A stretch of 64,000 nucleotides of DNA from an uncultured Candidatus Saccharibacteria bacterium (GCA_964398815.1 CAYNNZ010000004.1:8074-72073); one strand, 5' to 3'; shown: positions 28,905 to 38,890, counted from the first letter of the stretch. Notes: a model not told the origin generated them from the letters alone. Made by a program: numbers and translations.

Positions 28905-29165
28905 ATGTACATGCCATTTCCAGGCAATCGTCAGAGCATCGGCGCGCGCGTCAAAATCGTCGAACAGCGCGCGGCAGAAAAGAAGGAGAACAGCGAAATC
29001 GCCATCCGCATGTTTGCACTCGGCTGCCGCCACTCGAATCCGAGGACCGGCACCCGCTGCTGCGAGGCGACCGAGCCGGGTGAATCCCGGTGCGTGAGGC
29101 ACAAGGGCAGCAGCCCAGCCGTCATCCATGGCCTCGGCAGCACCCTCGCTCTGCTCCACGGCTAA
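28905..29165 (+). CDS. Small Cys/His-rich hypothetical protein (86 aa)
   Basis: MYMPFPGNRQSIGARVKIVEQRAAEKKENSEIAIRMFALGCRHSNPRTGTRCCEATEPGESRCVRHKGS...; GGGGA RBS 4 nt upstream. Plus-strand gene between two minus-strand genes. Confidence 0.35.
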   Translation: MYMPFPGNRQSIGARVKIVEQRAAEKKENSEIAIRMFALGCRHSNPRTGTRCCEATEPGESRCVRHKGSSPAVIHGLGSTLALLHG

Positions 29166-29283
29166 CAGCCGCCGGCTTCTGACAACGACGAAACGGGCCC
29201 CGCAATGCGGGGCCCGAATCTGTTTGACACATTGGCTAAATATGTCATGCTCACGTCAGCAATTTTCTTGGAAGGAAATGTTC

Positions 29284-29523
29284 ATGGCCGCACACATTGT
29301 TCATCTGCTCGCCCAAAAGGGCCCTGTCATCCGCCTGGTCGCCATCGATTCCGCCATCGCTCCGGCGGTGGGCCAGGAGTTCGACGCCGTCTACGAAAGT
29401 GTGGAGGGTATGTGGACCGTTCTCAAGCGGTACAACGAGCACGAGCAGAAGACTCTTAACGCCCTGGAGGAACTGCTTCCGGACTACACGTTCTATGGCC
29501 TGTTCAAGGTCACTGGAAGGTAG
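29284..29523 (+). CDS. Hypothetical small protein (79 aa)
   Basis: MAAHIVHLLAQKGPVIRLVAIDSAIAPAVGQEFDAVYESVEGMWTVLKRYNEHEQKTLNALEELLPDYTFYGLFKVTGR; GGAAGGA RBS upstream. Confidence 0.4.
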   Translation: MAAHIVHLLAQKGPVIRLVAIDSAIAPAVGQEFDAVYESVEGMWTVLKRYNEHEQKTLNALEELLPDYTFYGLFKVTGR

Positions 29524-29577
29524 CCGCACAAAACGGGGCGGACGGGTAAAGGGTCGGATACCATCCGGCCCTTTTGC

Positions 29578-31497
29578 TTATTCAAGCACTGCTTTGATGC
29601 GCCGGATGCCGGCTGCGACCGCTTCCTCTTTCTGGATTTTGAATCGCTTCCCTCCCTCGTGAATCTGGGAGGTATTGGTCACATGAGGACCACCACAGAA
29701 TTCGAGCGAGAATGCATTTGGAATATCAGGAGCATCTTCGGTCGCATGAGCAGGACCGACTGAGTAGACCGACACCATATCCGGATACTTCACGCCGAAT
29801 TCCATCTGCGCACCCAACTTCTCCGCCTCCTCGCGCGGCATGACCGTCCGTGTTACCGGCAAATCCTGATACACGACTTCGTTTACGATATTTTCCACTT
29901 CTTCTTTCTGCTCAGGAGTCATTTTGCCCGGAGCATTGAAATCGATGCGCAGGCGTTCGCTCGTAATATTCGAGCCGCGCTGCTTCACTTCAGTGCCGAG
30001 AACTTTCTGCAACGCTGCAAGCAGAATATGGTGCGTCGTGTGGTAGCGGACGGTCTGCTCGCTGTGGTCCGCGAGACCTCCTGCGAATTTCTGTGCCGCA
30101 CCTGCACGGCTCTCGTCCTGATGCTTCTTCATAGCATCGAGGAAGTCCTGCTCGTCTATTGAAATACCCAACTCTCCTGCACGCTCAGCCGTGAGCTCAA
30201 ACGGGAAGCCGTAGGTGGTAAAGAGAATGAATGCTTCCTCCCCTGACATGCGGCCAGCCTTCTGGAACTTATCGAATTCGCGAAGTCCCTTCTCGAGTGT
30301 CTTTCTGAATTGCTCCTCCTCCTTTGCGAGTTCATCGCGAATCTTATCTGCGTGCTCAAGTACATGCGGATACTGGTCTTTGTACATCTCGCCGTACCCG
30401 CGTGCGATGTCCGGAAGCACCGCATCCTTGATACCGAGGCGGTCTGCTTCGCGAATGGCACGGCGAATGAGGCGACGCAGGACATACCCTGCCTCCGTAT
30501 TCGAAGGAATGATGTCTTCCGCGAGCATGAATGACGCTGCGCGCATATGGTCGAGGATGATGCGCATTGCCTTGGTAGTTGCCTCATCTTCGCCATACTT
30601 CTTGCCGGTACGTGCTTCGAGTACGCCGCGTGCAGCGTCAAAGACGTCTATATAGAACGCATCCGGACTACCGATGGTCGCCATCGTGAGACGCTCGAGT
30701 CCGCCACCGAAGTCCACGTTCTGTTTCGGCAGATTGGAGAAGGTGCCATCCTCGTTTTTCACGAACTGCATGAAGACGGAGTTACCAATCTCGACAAAGC
30801 GTCCGCAATCGCAGTTCGGGTGGCAGTTCGCTCCCCACTTCGTGTCGTGCGGCAGTCCGAAGTCATAGAACACCTCGCTGTCCGGTCCGCCTGGCTCACC
30901 TGTCGGCATCTGCGCCGGCGTGCCCGAGCGACTCCACCAGTTCTTCTTCGACTCGTAAGCAAAGATGCGATCGTTTCCGTTCATTCCTTTCTCGTAGCCC
31001 TGTGCTTCGCTACCGATATTCGCAAACTCTGCATCGATTCCTTTTGATTTAAAGAGTTCCTTCCAGATTTCGACTGCCTCCATGTCTGCCTCCATGCCAG
31101 CGCCCTCGTCACCTGCGAATACGGTCACGTAGAGTTTCGACGGATCGAGGCCGAGACCTTCTGACTCGCTCGTAAGAAATTCGAAGAACCACGGAAGCTG
31201 TTCCTTCTTGAAGTAGTCACCGAGCGACCAGTTGCCAAGCATCTCGAAGAATGTCGTGTGGCGGTTATCACCCACTTCCTCGATGTCGCCCGCACGGAAG
31301 GAGAGCTGTGAGTCTGTAACGCGATTACCCTCTGGGTGATCCTTGCCGAGGAGGTACGGAATCAGCGGCTGCATGCCTGAGGAGGTAAAGAGAGTGGTCG
31401 GGTCATTACCCGGCACGATAGGCGCGGACGGGATAATCACGTGGCCGCGGGCCTTGAAGAATTCGAGATATCGCTTGCGTACGTCGCTGACAGTCAT
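29578..31497 (-). CDS. alaS: Alanyl-tRNA synthetase, short form (catalytic, tRNA-recognition and editing domains; no C-Ala domain)
   Basis: N-terminal FKARGHVIIPSAPIVPGNDPTTLFTSSGMQ; editing-domain motifs HTTHHILLAAL and CGGPHV. Only 639 aa against about 870 for full-length AlaRS. Confidence 0.9.
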   Translation of the reverse strand: MTVSDVRKRYLEFFKARGHVIIPSAPIVPGNDPTTLFTSSGMQPLIPYLLGKDHPEGNRVTDSQLSFRAGDIEEVGDNRHTTFFEMLGNWSLGDYFKKEQLPWFFEFLTSESEGLGLDPSKLYVTVFAGDEGAGMEADMEAVEIWKELFKSKGIDAEFANIGSEAQGYEKGMNGNDRIFAYESKKNWWSRSGTPAQMPTGEPGGPDSEVFYDFGLPHDTKWGANCHPNCDCGRFVEIGNSVFMQFVKNEDGTFSNLPKQNVDFGGGLERLTMATIGSPDAFYIDVFDAARGVLEARTGKKYGEDEATTKAMRIILDHMRAASFMLAEDIIPSNTEAGYVLRRLIRRAIREADRLGIKDAVLPDIARGYGEMYKDQYPHVLEHADKIRDELAKEEEQFRKTLEKGLREFDKFQKAGRMSGEEAFILFTTYGFPFELTAERAGELGISIDEQDFLDAMKKHQDESRAGAAQKFAGGLADHSEQTVRYHTTHHILLAALQKVLGTEVKQRGSNITSERLRIDFNAPGKMTPEQKEEVENIVNEVVYQDLPVTRTVMPREEAEKLGAQMEFGVKYPDMVSVYSVGPAHATEDAPDIPNAFSLEFCGGPHVTNTSQIHEGGKRFKIQKEEAVAAGIRRIKAVLE

Positions 31498-31585
31498 GAT
31501 TTAGAGACGATATCACGTCTTTATATAAATAATGAAGCCTCCGATCAATTTCGGAGGCTTCCGTGCCCATGCCCTGCATCGGGCT

Positions 31586-31735
31586 CTAGTCGTCCTTCAT
31601 AACATGAAGGGTCAGCAGGATGCAGATGGTGGCCAAGCCCACACTCAGACTTGCCCAGGCGTTGTGAGAAAGCTGGAAGGTGGCGACACCCACCACAAGC
31701 CCACTCAGAAAACTCATCCCTAAAACTGGCCACAT
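31586..31735 (-). CDS. Possible small membrane protein (49 aa)
   Basis: Own translation: MWPVLGMSFLSGLVVGVATFQLSHNAWASLSVGLATICILLTLHVMKDD. It overlaps an alternative-frame 62-aa ORF in the track, and no SD is present. Confidence 0.25.
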   Translation of the reverse strand: MWPVLGMSFLSGLVVGVATFQLSHNAWASLSVGLATICILLTLHVMKDD

Positions 31736-31820
31736 GTTCCTAATCAATCGGTAGTGCACGATGCACTCATCAATCCGATTGTCCTTTCATTTATACTTAT
31801 ACACCATTTAAATGCAAAAG

Positions 31821-33089
31821 TCAAGTATTAGGAAACGTTCCCGCCGCTGCTAGAGACAGCTTCTGAAGTGGGATGAGGTCTGCTGCATCCTGCAAATCCT
31901 TTACCGTAATCGCATTCAAAAGGGTGATGTAGTCATCTATATAGGAGAGGTCGCGATGGCGACGACCAATCTGATGGAGTGCTGCCGCGAGCCCGCGCGT
32001 GGTCGAAAGCCCGACCACGTAAAGCCCAGACATTTCTTCTTTCCGCTCTTCTAGTTTCTTCTTGGTGATGCCGCCCTTAAAGAATATATCTATCTCGCGG
32101 CGGAGCGCAGCAACGCTTTCGTCGTAGCGTGCCGGCGAGAACGTCGCCCAGACTTTGAAGGCGCCATCACCGCCGCCCGTAAACCCGGACGGGCGGGCGT
32201 ATACGCCGTAGGTGAGTCCATCACGCTCACGAATGGTGGACATGAGGTGACTGGTGAATCCCCTACCGCCGAGCATCTCGGTCGTAACTATGAACGGCAG
32301 GAAGAGTGGGTCGTTATAGGTGAGCGGTACGGCAGCTCCGAGGAACACGTCCACATTTGCCTTATCGGCAATTGAAACATGCTGGGTTAATACTTCCGGC
32401 TGCTTTGTATTCATCTCCTTTGCCGGGGCTTCCGGTGTTCCGGCAGGAAGCCGTGCGAAAGCCGTCTCAACCGCCTGAGCGACCTTTGCGGTGTCGATAT
32501 CGCCTACTACCGCGATAACGAGTCCGCCACGGCCAATCATCTTCTTGAATGACATCAGGTCAGCTCGCTCAACCTTCGCGAGGTCACGAATGCGCTCCTC
32601 GGTAGTCTCGTCATAGTTCACATGCGACGGGTCATACACGAGACGCGAGAAGGCGATGCCTGCCTGCACGCGTGTATCCGACTTCTCCTCGACGAGTTCA
32701 CCGCGGATACGCTCCATGGCAGACTTCACCTCGCTCGCTGGAAATGCTGCTTCGCCGAGACACTCAACGAGCACTGAAAGGAGGTGGGAAACATCTTCCG
32801 GAAGGCATGAACCGCGGAAATAGGTACGCTCATCGCCTGACGAGAATGAGAGCGTAGCGCCACGAGACGCGAGCGCTTCGCGTATTGCATCCTTCCCCTT
32901 CTTCTTCGTGCCAGCATCAAACAATTCTGCTGCGAGCACCGACACTTCACCCTTCCTGCGCGGGAGCATGTTCCAGCCACCGAGCACGCTACCCTCCAAA
33001 TAGACCAAATCCTTCACTCCGGTACGCGCGAGGAATAGACGCCCTCCGGCGACACTCTTCTCTATGATGCTTTCGGACATGCGTTCCAT
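31821..33089 (-). CDS. M16-family peptidase, non-catalytic (HxxEH-less) subunit
   Basis: Peptidase_M16 / M16_C fold sequence without the zinc-binding HxxEH motif. Start at ATG 33089, 1 nt after the stop of the upstream M16 gene. Confidence 0.8.
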   Translation of the reverse strand: MERMSESIIEKSVAGGRLFLARTGVKDLVYLEGSVLGGWNMLPRRKGEVSVLAAELFDAGTKKKGKDAIREALASRGATLSFSSGDERTYFRGSCLPEDVSHLLSVLVECLGEAAFPASEVKSAMERIRGELVEEKSDTRVQAGIAFSRLVYDPSHVNYDETTEERIRDLAKVERADLMSFKKMIGRGGLVIAVVGDIDTAKVAQAVETAFARLPAGTPEAPAKEMNTKQPEVLTQHVSIADKANVDVFLGAAVPLTYNDPLFLPFIVTTEMLGGRGFTSHLMSTIRERDGLTYGVYARPSGFTGGGDGAFKVWATFSPARYDESVAALRREIDIFFKGGITKKKLEERKEEMSGLYVVGLSTTRGLAAALHQIGRRHRDLSYIDDYITLLNAITVKDLQDAADLIPLQKLSLAAAGTFPNT

Positions 33090-33090
33090 G

Positions 33091-34419
33091 CTATTTTGCA
33101 GAATTATGGAAATACCCGATCGTCGCCTGGTCGTCCTTGAAGTACTTCTGCGCGACTGCACGGATGTCGGAAGCGGTGACCTTCATAATCGCTTCGCCAG
33201 CCTTAAAGAAGTACGTCCAATCGCCGGTAGCGATACTCTCATTAATCACTGAGAGGAACTGATACGGGCCATCGCGTCGTTGCGCGAGCGCAGTACGCAG
33301 AAGACGACGCGCACGAGACAGCTCGGCCGTCGTGACGTTCGTCTTCATAAGCTTCGCGTACTCTGCCCGGATTATTTTCTCCACCTCCTCATGCTTCACA
33401 CTCGGCGTGAGCGATGCGTAGGTCATGAAGAGACCAGGGTCATGGAGTTCGTAGCAATAGACCGACACATCAGTCGCAAGCGCCTTATCGACGAGTGCAC
33501 GATAGAGTCGGCTCGTCTTTCCATTATCAAGAATGGCCGACAGCATAAGCAGTGCTGGCATATCCGCATGGAGCGCATTCGGAATCTTGTGCGCAATACC
33601 GACCATATCGTTACCCGCACGACGGACTTTGACACGGCGCTCACCTTCCTGTGGCGGTTCCTCCGTATACATCTGCGGATACCCCGCAGGATTTTTTGAA
33701 TGCGTACTGAATTCCTTTGCAATGAGCGTCAACGCCTCTCCCTCATTGAAATCACCCACGACCGTCACCGTCGCGTTATCCGGCCAGTAGAACTCGTTAT
33801 AGAACTGATTGAGTCGCTCGATGGAGACACCTTCAATGTCGCTCTTCCAACCAATAGTGGAGTGATGGTACGGATGCGCCTGGTATGCGAGCGCCCATAT
33901 CTGCTTATCGAGCGCCTCGATAGGCAAATTCTCTCCACGCTCAAACTCATTGCGTACGATAGGCATCTCATCTGACCGGTCCTTCTCCGTCATGATGGCG
34001 GTGCGCATGCGGTCTGCCTCCCACGCCACTGCCTGCGGCAACAAATGCGAAGGCATCACCTCGAAATAATTCGTGCGATCAAACCACGTCGTCGCGTTGA
34101 TGTAGGCACCCTTGGCTTCAAGAAAATCCTTCGGATTCTTGAAATTCTTCGACTTCTTGAACATCAGGTGCTCAAGCAAGTGTGTTGCACCTGTGTACCC
34201 AATTGCTTCATTACGCGAACCGACATGGTAGGTAACCATGAAGCCGACGACCGGTACTGAACGGTCCGATGCGAGGAGAATTCGCAGGCCGTTTTTATCA
34301 AGGCAATACTCGCGCACCCCACCGACTTCTCGTACGAACGATGCGCCGCTCTGCGGGGCTTTTTTGTTCGGCGATTTCTTCACCGTCTTCTTCACTGCCG
34401 TACGAGCCATATCCTTCAA
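33091..34419 (-). CDS. M16-family zinc metallopeptidase (pitrilysin-like), catalytic subunit
   Basis: HLLEHLMF inverted zinc-binding motif (HxxEH) with a downstream Glu-rich region; 442 aa. Confidence 0.85.
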   Translation of the reverse strand: MKDMARTAVKKTVKKSPNKKAPQSGASFVREVGGVREYCLDKNGLRILLASDRSVPVVGFMVTYHVGSRNEAIGYTGATHLLEHLMFKKSKNFKNPKDFLEAKGAYINATTWFDRTNYFEVMPSHLLPQAVAWEADRMRTAIMTEKDRSDEMPIVRNEFERGENLPIEALDKQIWALAYQAHPYHHSTIGWKSDIEGVSIERLNQFYNEFYWPDNATVTVVGDFNEGEALTLIAKEFSTHSKNPAGYPQMYTEEPPQEGERRVKVRRAGNDMVGIAHKIPNALHADMPALLMLSAILDNGKTSRLYRALVDKALATDVSVYCYELHDPGLFMTYASLTPSVKHEEVEKIIRAEYAKLMKTNVTTAELSRARRLLRTALAQRRDGPYQFLSVINESIATGDWTYFFKAGEAIMKVTASDIRAVAQKYFKDDQATIGYFHNSAK

Positions 34420-34467
34420 AGATACCAGCCGCCCTCCCGCATATCAAAGCGCCGCCTTTGCGCGACT

Positions 34468-34497
34468 CCGACTCCCCAAAAAGGTGCCAGCCACCTT
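34468..34497. terminator. Bidirectional terminator-like hairpin
   Basis: AAAAAGGTG-CCAGC-CACCTTTTATTT between the 173-aa gene and the M16 operon. Confidence 0.45.
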
Positions 34498-34501
34498 TTA
34501 T

Positions 34502-35023
34502 TTAGTTTCGTTCGATATACTCTCGCGCCATCTGCGCATATAGGTCTGCCTGCTCCTCGGCAGCACTAATGGTCGCCTGCCACTGTTGGCGATATGGTTC
34601 CGGATTGAGCGGCTTCGCTGCGTTTGGATCATCGAGCGAGTCCATGTTCCTTTTTGCCTCTGCGTACTGCGAATTGCGCGCGAGTGTCCGCTCGCGTACC
34701 GCTTGAAGCGCGACTTCCTGTATGAGCTCTGGATTGCCGGCGAGGAATCCATGCTGTCCCAGTTCCTGCTTTAGTTCCGTCGCCATACGTTCAAGACCGT
34801 TGCGATCATTCGGCAGCCCAGCAATGCCACGATCGACAGCCGCGTCGATTGCTCCTTTGCGTGTAATTCGTTCAAGAATCGTTTCTGGGTCGGTTAGACC
34901 CTTCTCTGCATCCTCGATTTCCTCAGGAGCGAGAGTTCGTTCCTGACCCTCTTCTACAACGTGCACCTTGCGAAACGGCTGTTCTATTCCCATGGAGAGA
35001 GTATAGCAATCGATTACTGCCAA
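34502..35023 (-). CDS. Hypothetical protein (173 aa; TTG start, or ATG at 34993)
   Basis: Charged, helical-looking ORF immediately downstream of ung on the same strand. No recognised domain. Confidence 0.45.
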   Translation of the reverse strand: MAVIDCYTLSMGIEQPFRKVHVVEEGQERTLAPEEIEDAEKGLTDPETILERITRKGAIDAAVDRGIAGLPNDRNGLERMATELKQELGQHGFLAGNPELIQEVALQAVRERTLARNSQYAEAKRNMDSLDDPNAAKPLNPEPYRQQWQATISAAEEQADLYAQMAREYIERN

Positions 35024-35679
35024 TCTATCGGGGTTTGGCCGCTCTCTGTTAGATAGGCGTTTGCCTTGCTGAAGGGTTTGCTCCCGAAAAAGCCGTTATA
35101 CGCGGAAAATGGGGACGGGTGCGGAGATTCAATGACGAGGTGTTTGCTGGTATCGATGAGTGATTTCTTTCCACGTGCGTAGTTCCCCCAGAGGATAAAC
35201 ACGAGATGCTCGCGCTCATCTGAGAGTTTCTTGATTACCGCATCGGTAAATCGCTCCCATCCCTGTCCCTGATGCGAGCCTGCGGCGCCTGCGCGCACCG
35301 TAAGCGTCGCGTTTAGTAGAAGCACTCCCTGCTTGGCCCAGCGCGACAAATCCCCTGATTCGTTCGCTGGCTTTCCGGTGTCTGTCGCAATCTCTTTAAA
35401 TATATTCTGGAGCGATGGCGGATTTCGCACACCTTCTGTAACGGAAAACGAAAGACCATGCGCCTGCTTAGGTCCGTGATAGGGGTCCTGGCCCAGTATG
35501 ACGACTTTCACGGCATCGAACGGCGTTAAGTCGAATGCAGCAAAGAGATTTTTCGGGTGCGGATAGACAGTCGCTGTTTCATATTCCTTCTTAACGAATG
35601 CGGCGAGTTCCTTGAAATACGACTCCTCAAATTCGTTTGCAAGATGTTCCCGCCACGAGGTTTCTATTTTCACTTCCAT
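35014..35679 (-). CDS. ung: Uracil-DNA glycosylase, family 1
   Basis: [22 protein letters not shown] (water-activating loop), [18 protein letters not shown] (Leu-intercalation loop region). Confidence 0.9.
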   Translation of the reverse strand: MEVKIETSWREHLANEFEESYFKELAAFVKKEYETATVYPHPKNLFAAFDLTPFDAVKVVILGQDPYHGPKQAHGLSFSVTEGVRNPPSLQNIFKEIATDTGKPANESGDLSRWAKQGVLLLNATLTVRAGAAGSHQGQGWERFTDAVIKKLSDEREHLVFILWGNYARGKKSLIDTSKHLVIESPHPSPFSAYNGFFGSKPFSKANAYLTESGQTPIDWQ

Positions 35680-35787
35680 ACAGGAACTATACCAACCACC
35701 AATTAGAGAGACAGGAGTGTTAACCTTGCGATATATCGCAAGGTTAACACTCCGGTTGCGTGAGGTATCTCAATGTCTCAATGAGAG

Positions 35788-36579
35788 TTACTTCTTTACG
35801 ACCTTCATGCCGGCACCATGAAGCAATTTTTTTGCGGCTGTTTCGCGGTAGGGACAGAACTCACATTTCGGACCAGAGGGGGGAATGTCCGAAGAGTCGA
35901 GCGTCTCTTTAATTTTTGGCAGTACGTCATCTATCCAGTCAGCTTTCCCGGTGCTCGGCACCACCGTGACTTCGAACTCCAGCTGCCCGTCGAATGCTTT
36001 CTTATCGGTCGTTGCATTCGCATAGACGAAATATCCGGTATCAGAGACCTTGAATCCGTTATTCCGTAGGAGCCACTGATACACGCCCATCTGGCGCTGA
36101 TACTGCTCATTCCACGATGAGTCCTCGAGCGTGGTGATGGTTCCTGCCTTTGAGGTCGACTTGTAGTCCACGACCATGAGTTCCCCTGCCGGGTTCACCC
36201 AGATGTCGTCCACAGCACCCGAGATAGTGAATCCAGTCGGCTCATGGAAATATTCAACGCCCTCGAAATTTTCCCGCCACGTGTCGATATCCTTATGCTG
36301 ATACGGAACCGCATCGATGCCGTACTGAGTCATGAGTGGATGCGGCGTGCCTGCAGCTCGATGCACATCGAACTCCTTCTTAAAGAGGGCATCTACAGCG
36401 ATGTTGAGAGTGAATGCAGGTCCGCGCGGGCGCCCGGTACCGAGTTTGTTGTCCAAGTAGAAGCAACGCGGACATTCGTTGAATAGCTCGATCTTTGAGC
36501 GCGAGAGGCGCCACTTTGCTCCGCCGTAATTCCAGTCGCTGCTTCTATTTGGGTTGTACTTCTTTACGAAATCGCTCAT
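35788..36579 (-). CDS. PD-(D/E)xK nuclease, Cas4/RecB-like (DUF83) with four-Cys Fe-S cluster
   Basis: N-terminal C-x2-C (ECPRCFYLD), nuclease core VVDYKST (D-x-K) and QMGVYQWLL (QxxxY), C-terminal CEFCPY. No CRISPR array or cas genes nearby. Confidence 0.75.
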   Translation of the reverse strand: MSDFVKKYNPNRSSDWNYGGAKWRLSRSKIELFNECPRCFYLDNKLGTGRPRGPAFTLNIAVDALFKKEFDVHRAAGTPHPLMTQYGIDAVPYQHKDIDTWRENFEGVEYFHEPTGFTISGAVDDIWVNPAGELMVVDYKSTSKAGTITTLEDSSWNEQYQRQMGVYQWLLRNNGFKVSDTGYFVYANATTDKKAFDGQLEFEVTVVPSTGKADWIDDVLPKIKETLDSSDIPPSGPKCEFCPYRETAAKKLLHGAGMKVVKK

Positions 36580-36582
36580 GCC

Positions 36583-37419
36583 TTAGGCGTAACTATTACA
36601 CAAGGAATTCGCCTCGGCCAATATGCCCCCGATGCGCTCCGGAGATATGGAAATAGCGCGCAACAGGTCGCGATTCTGGCGAACCTGCTCGCAGGTAACT
36701 ACGCCCTGATCTATGAGTAGTCGCTTTTCCGCCTTCTTCAACATAGTGAGCGCAGTAATGGGATAGAGACCGGTCGCTACAATACGGTCATACAGACTTC
36801 CCTCTGACGGATAACTCCAGCCGAGGAGTTGGATACCGGAGCACTTGGCGAATTGGACCGCATCACGCGTGAATTTCGTATTGGTGATGAGGAATCCATG
36901 GTCCACCTTACAGGTCTTGTCCTCTTTCGGGTCGCACTGCCAGATATCGTCGAATCGCGCCTTCACATAGAGTGCGACTTTTACGTCGGTCTTGTAGCCG
37001 GGGTCGTTGTGGTATTTCAGTTCTGCTGCGAGATATTCTCCCTCGCGGTGCGCGTACACGTCCACTTCATGGGTAACGCACTTTCCGGGAATCATGCGCC
37101 GATACTCGACTTCCCATCCCTCTGCTTTGAATAATTCAGAAATGTAATTCTCGAATGGGTGGCCGGAAGGACCGAATTCAAAAAGCGCACGGCGTAGGCT
37201 GTAGCGCGCCGCTGCAGGACGTGCATCATGGCGCAGCATCTGGAATGCGCGCTTGTATATTTCTTGCGTCATCGCGCCGGCTGCAATGGAGCCCTCGATG
37301 GTATGTCGGATGCGCTCTGCAGTGTGCGTTGTCGCGCCCGCGCGGCGTAGCGACCATTCGAGCTTCATCCCGTCGAATGGCTCGACGCTTCCATCGGTCT
37401 TAACAATCTCAACGGACAT
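36583..37419 (-). CDS. ATP-cone domain fused to Mrr-like restriction-endonuclease-fold domain
   Basis: N-terminus MSVEIVKTDGSVEPFDGMKLEWSLRRAG is ATP-cone-like. Core GHPFENYISELFKAEGWEVEY...HEVDVYAHREGEYLAAELKYH is Mrr_cat/PD-(D/E)xK-like. TAATG overlap with the mnmA stop. Confidence 0.7.
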   Translation of the reverse strand: MSVEIVKTDGSVEPFDGMKLEWSLRRAGATTHTAERIRHTIEGSIAAGAMTQEIYKRAFQMLRHDARPAAARYSLRRALFEFGPSGHPFENYISELFKAEGWEVEYRRMIPGKCVTHEVDVYAHREGEYLAAELKYHNDPGYKTDVKVALYVKARFDDIWQCDPKEDKTCKVDHGFLITNTKFTRDAVQFAKCSGIQLLGWSYPSEGSLYDRIVATGLYPITALTMLKKAEKRLLIDQGVVTCEQVRQNRDLLRAISISPERIGGILAEANSLCNSYA

Positions 37420-38441
37420 TACTCGATGATACCACCGCCAACTACGGTATCTCCGTTGTATATGACGAGTGACTGGCCCGAAGCAGCTGGCTCAGGGAGT
37501 AACGTATCCGGCGTGAACGTCTGTTCGGTATAGGTGCCTGACACTAAAGGACCATGGTAGCGATATTGCGCCTCTACTTTCTGTCCAGGAGTTTGGAACC
37601 AATTTGCTTCGGTAAGTCTGATTGCGAACGCTGGTGCCTGTGAGGCGCGTTCATTCGAGACGACGAGCGTGTTTGTCTGGATGTCCTTCGCGATTACGTA
37701 CCATGGGCCTGCTGTAGCATCCTGTAGCGGCGCGCGTTCACCAAGTGTGTAGAGAAGCGCTCCGTCATGCGTTCCTACCTTCTTCCCCATTGAGTCCACG
37801 GCCTCGCCGGGCGTAACGGGAAATTCCGCACGCAGAAAATCATCCATCGAGACAGGTCCGAGGAAGCATATGCCCTGGCTGTCGCGCTTTTCGGCATTCG
37901 GAAGCCCCAGACTCTTTGCTTCGGTTCGTACTGCGGATTTATGCATTCCGCCGAGCGGAAAAAGGGTGTGAACGAGCGCTTCCTTGCCTATCGCCCAGAG
38001 GAAATAGCTCTGGTCCTTTTCTGGATCTACGCCTCGTAGAAGGCGACCGTCTTCTTGCCGCGCATAATGGCCAGTGGCGATGAAATCTGCACCATGTTCC
38101 ATCGCAAATCGATAGAACACGCCGAATTTCACGTCGCGATTGCACATAATGTCGGGGTTAGGCGTTCGGCCAGCACCATATTCCCGTATGAGGTAGTCGA
38201 TGACCGACTGTTTATATTCCTTCGATGCATCAAGCGTGTGGAATGGTATGCGCAGGTGCGCCGCAACGCGCATGGCGTCCTTTCTATCCGCTGCCCAGGT
38301 GCACGGCAGACCTTCCGGGTACCACCCCTTAATGAATACGCCTACGACTTCTGCGCCTGACTTCTGCAGTAGTGCAGCAGTGACCGCAGAGTCTACTCCG
38401 CCTGAGAGTCCGACGAATATTTTCTTACCCGCGACGTTCAT
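37419..38441 (-). CDS. mnmA: tRNA-specific 2-thiouridylase MnmA
   Basis: PP-loop KIFVGLSGGVDSAV and the rest of the MnmA fold (…IATGHYAR…). Start at ATG 38441 with an AGGGA RBS. Confidence 0.9.
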   Translation of the reverse strand: MNVAGKKIFVGLSGGVDSAVTAALLQKSGAEVVGVFIKGWYPEGLPCTWAADRKDAMRVAAHLRIPFHTLDASKEYKQSVIDYLIREYGAGRTPNPDIMCNRDVKFGVFYRFAMEHGADFIATGHYARQEDGRLLRGVDPEKDQSYFLWAIGKEALVHTLFPLGGMHKSAVRTEAKSLGLPNAEKRDSQGICFLGPVSMDDFLRAEFPVTPGEAVDSMGKKVGTHDGALLYTLGERAPLQDATAGPWYVIAKDIQTNTLVVSNERASQAPAFAIRLTEANWFQTPGQKVEAQYRYHGPLVSGTYTEQTFTPDTLLPEPAASGQSLVIYNGDTVVGGGIIE

Positions 38442-38530
38442 GTTCCCTGTATAGCATCCTTGACAGACGGTAGGAAGTTGTAATGATTTAGGTATCAGAA
38501 CGACATTCAAAGTCTGAACCCTGAAAGGAG

Positions 38531-38890
38531 GTGAGTTCTTTGAAACAAGGCTCTATTGAACGACAGAAATTGGAAGTCTTCGTCAATCCTGGCAAGGACT
38601 TGCAGTTGCGCAAGCCGGAACAGGCGAGCGACAAGTCCGTCGTGCGCGGCCCCTGCACACTGCGTGGCGAGGTAATCCTCTACGGCGAGGAGGAGTGGAT
38701 GATGGTCCCCAGCATGCCTGGGTACGGCATCCCACTCTATGAACGGAAACTCGGCGCCCTACCTAAAGGGAAAGACCGACAAGCGCGTCCAAGCACCATC
38801 ACCCAGCGCTCACTCCACGAAGACTGGGGAGAAGAGCGGATAGAGGTGAGCTGTCTCAATGATGACGGCACCACGGAGGAATTCTTCTGA
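38531..38890 (+). CDS. Hypothetical protein (about 117 aa; likely TTG start at 38540 after an AAGGAGG RBS)
   Basis: Plus-strand ORF with a strong SD. No recognised domain. Confidence 0.45.
   Translation: MSSLKQGSIERQKLEVFVNPGKDLQLRKPEQASDKSVVRGPCTLRGEVILYGEEEWMMVPSMPGYGIPLYERKLGALPKGKDRQARPSTITQRSLHEDWGEERIEVSCLNDDGTTEEFF

Noticed and set aside
31545-31733. 62-aa minus-strand ORF (MASFRDEFSEWACGGCRHLP...)
   Set aside because: It overlaps, in another frame, a more protein-like 49-aa TM ORF. Neither has an SD, so both are weak. I report only the TM candidate, at low confidence.
35788-36579. CRISPR-Cas locus
   Set aside because: A Cas4-like nuclease is present, but there is no repeat-spacer array and no cas1/cas2 or effector genes anywhere in the window. 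It is treated as a stand-alone Cas4/RecB-like nuclease.
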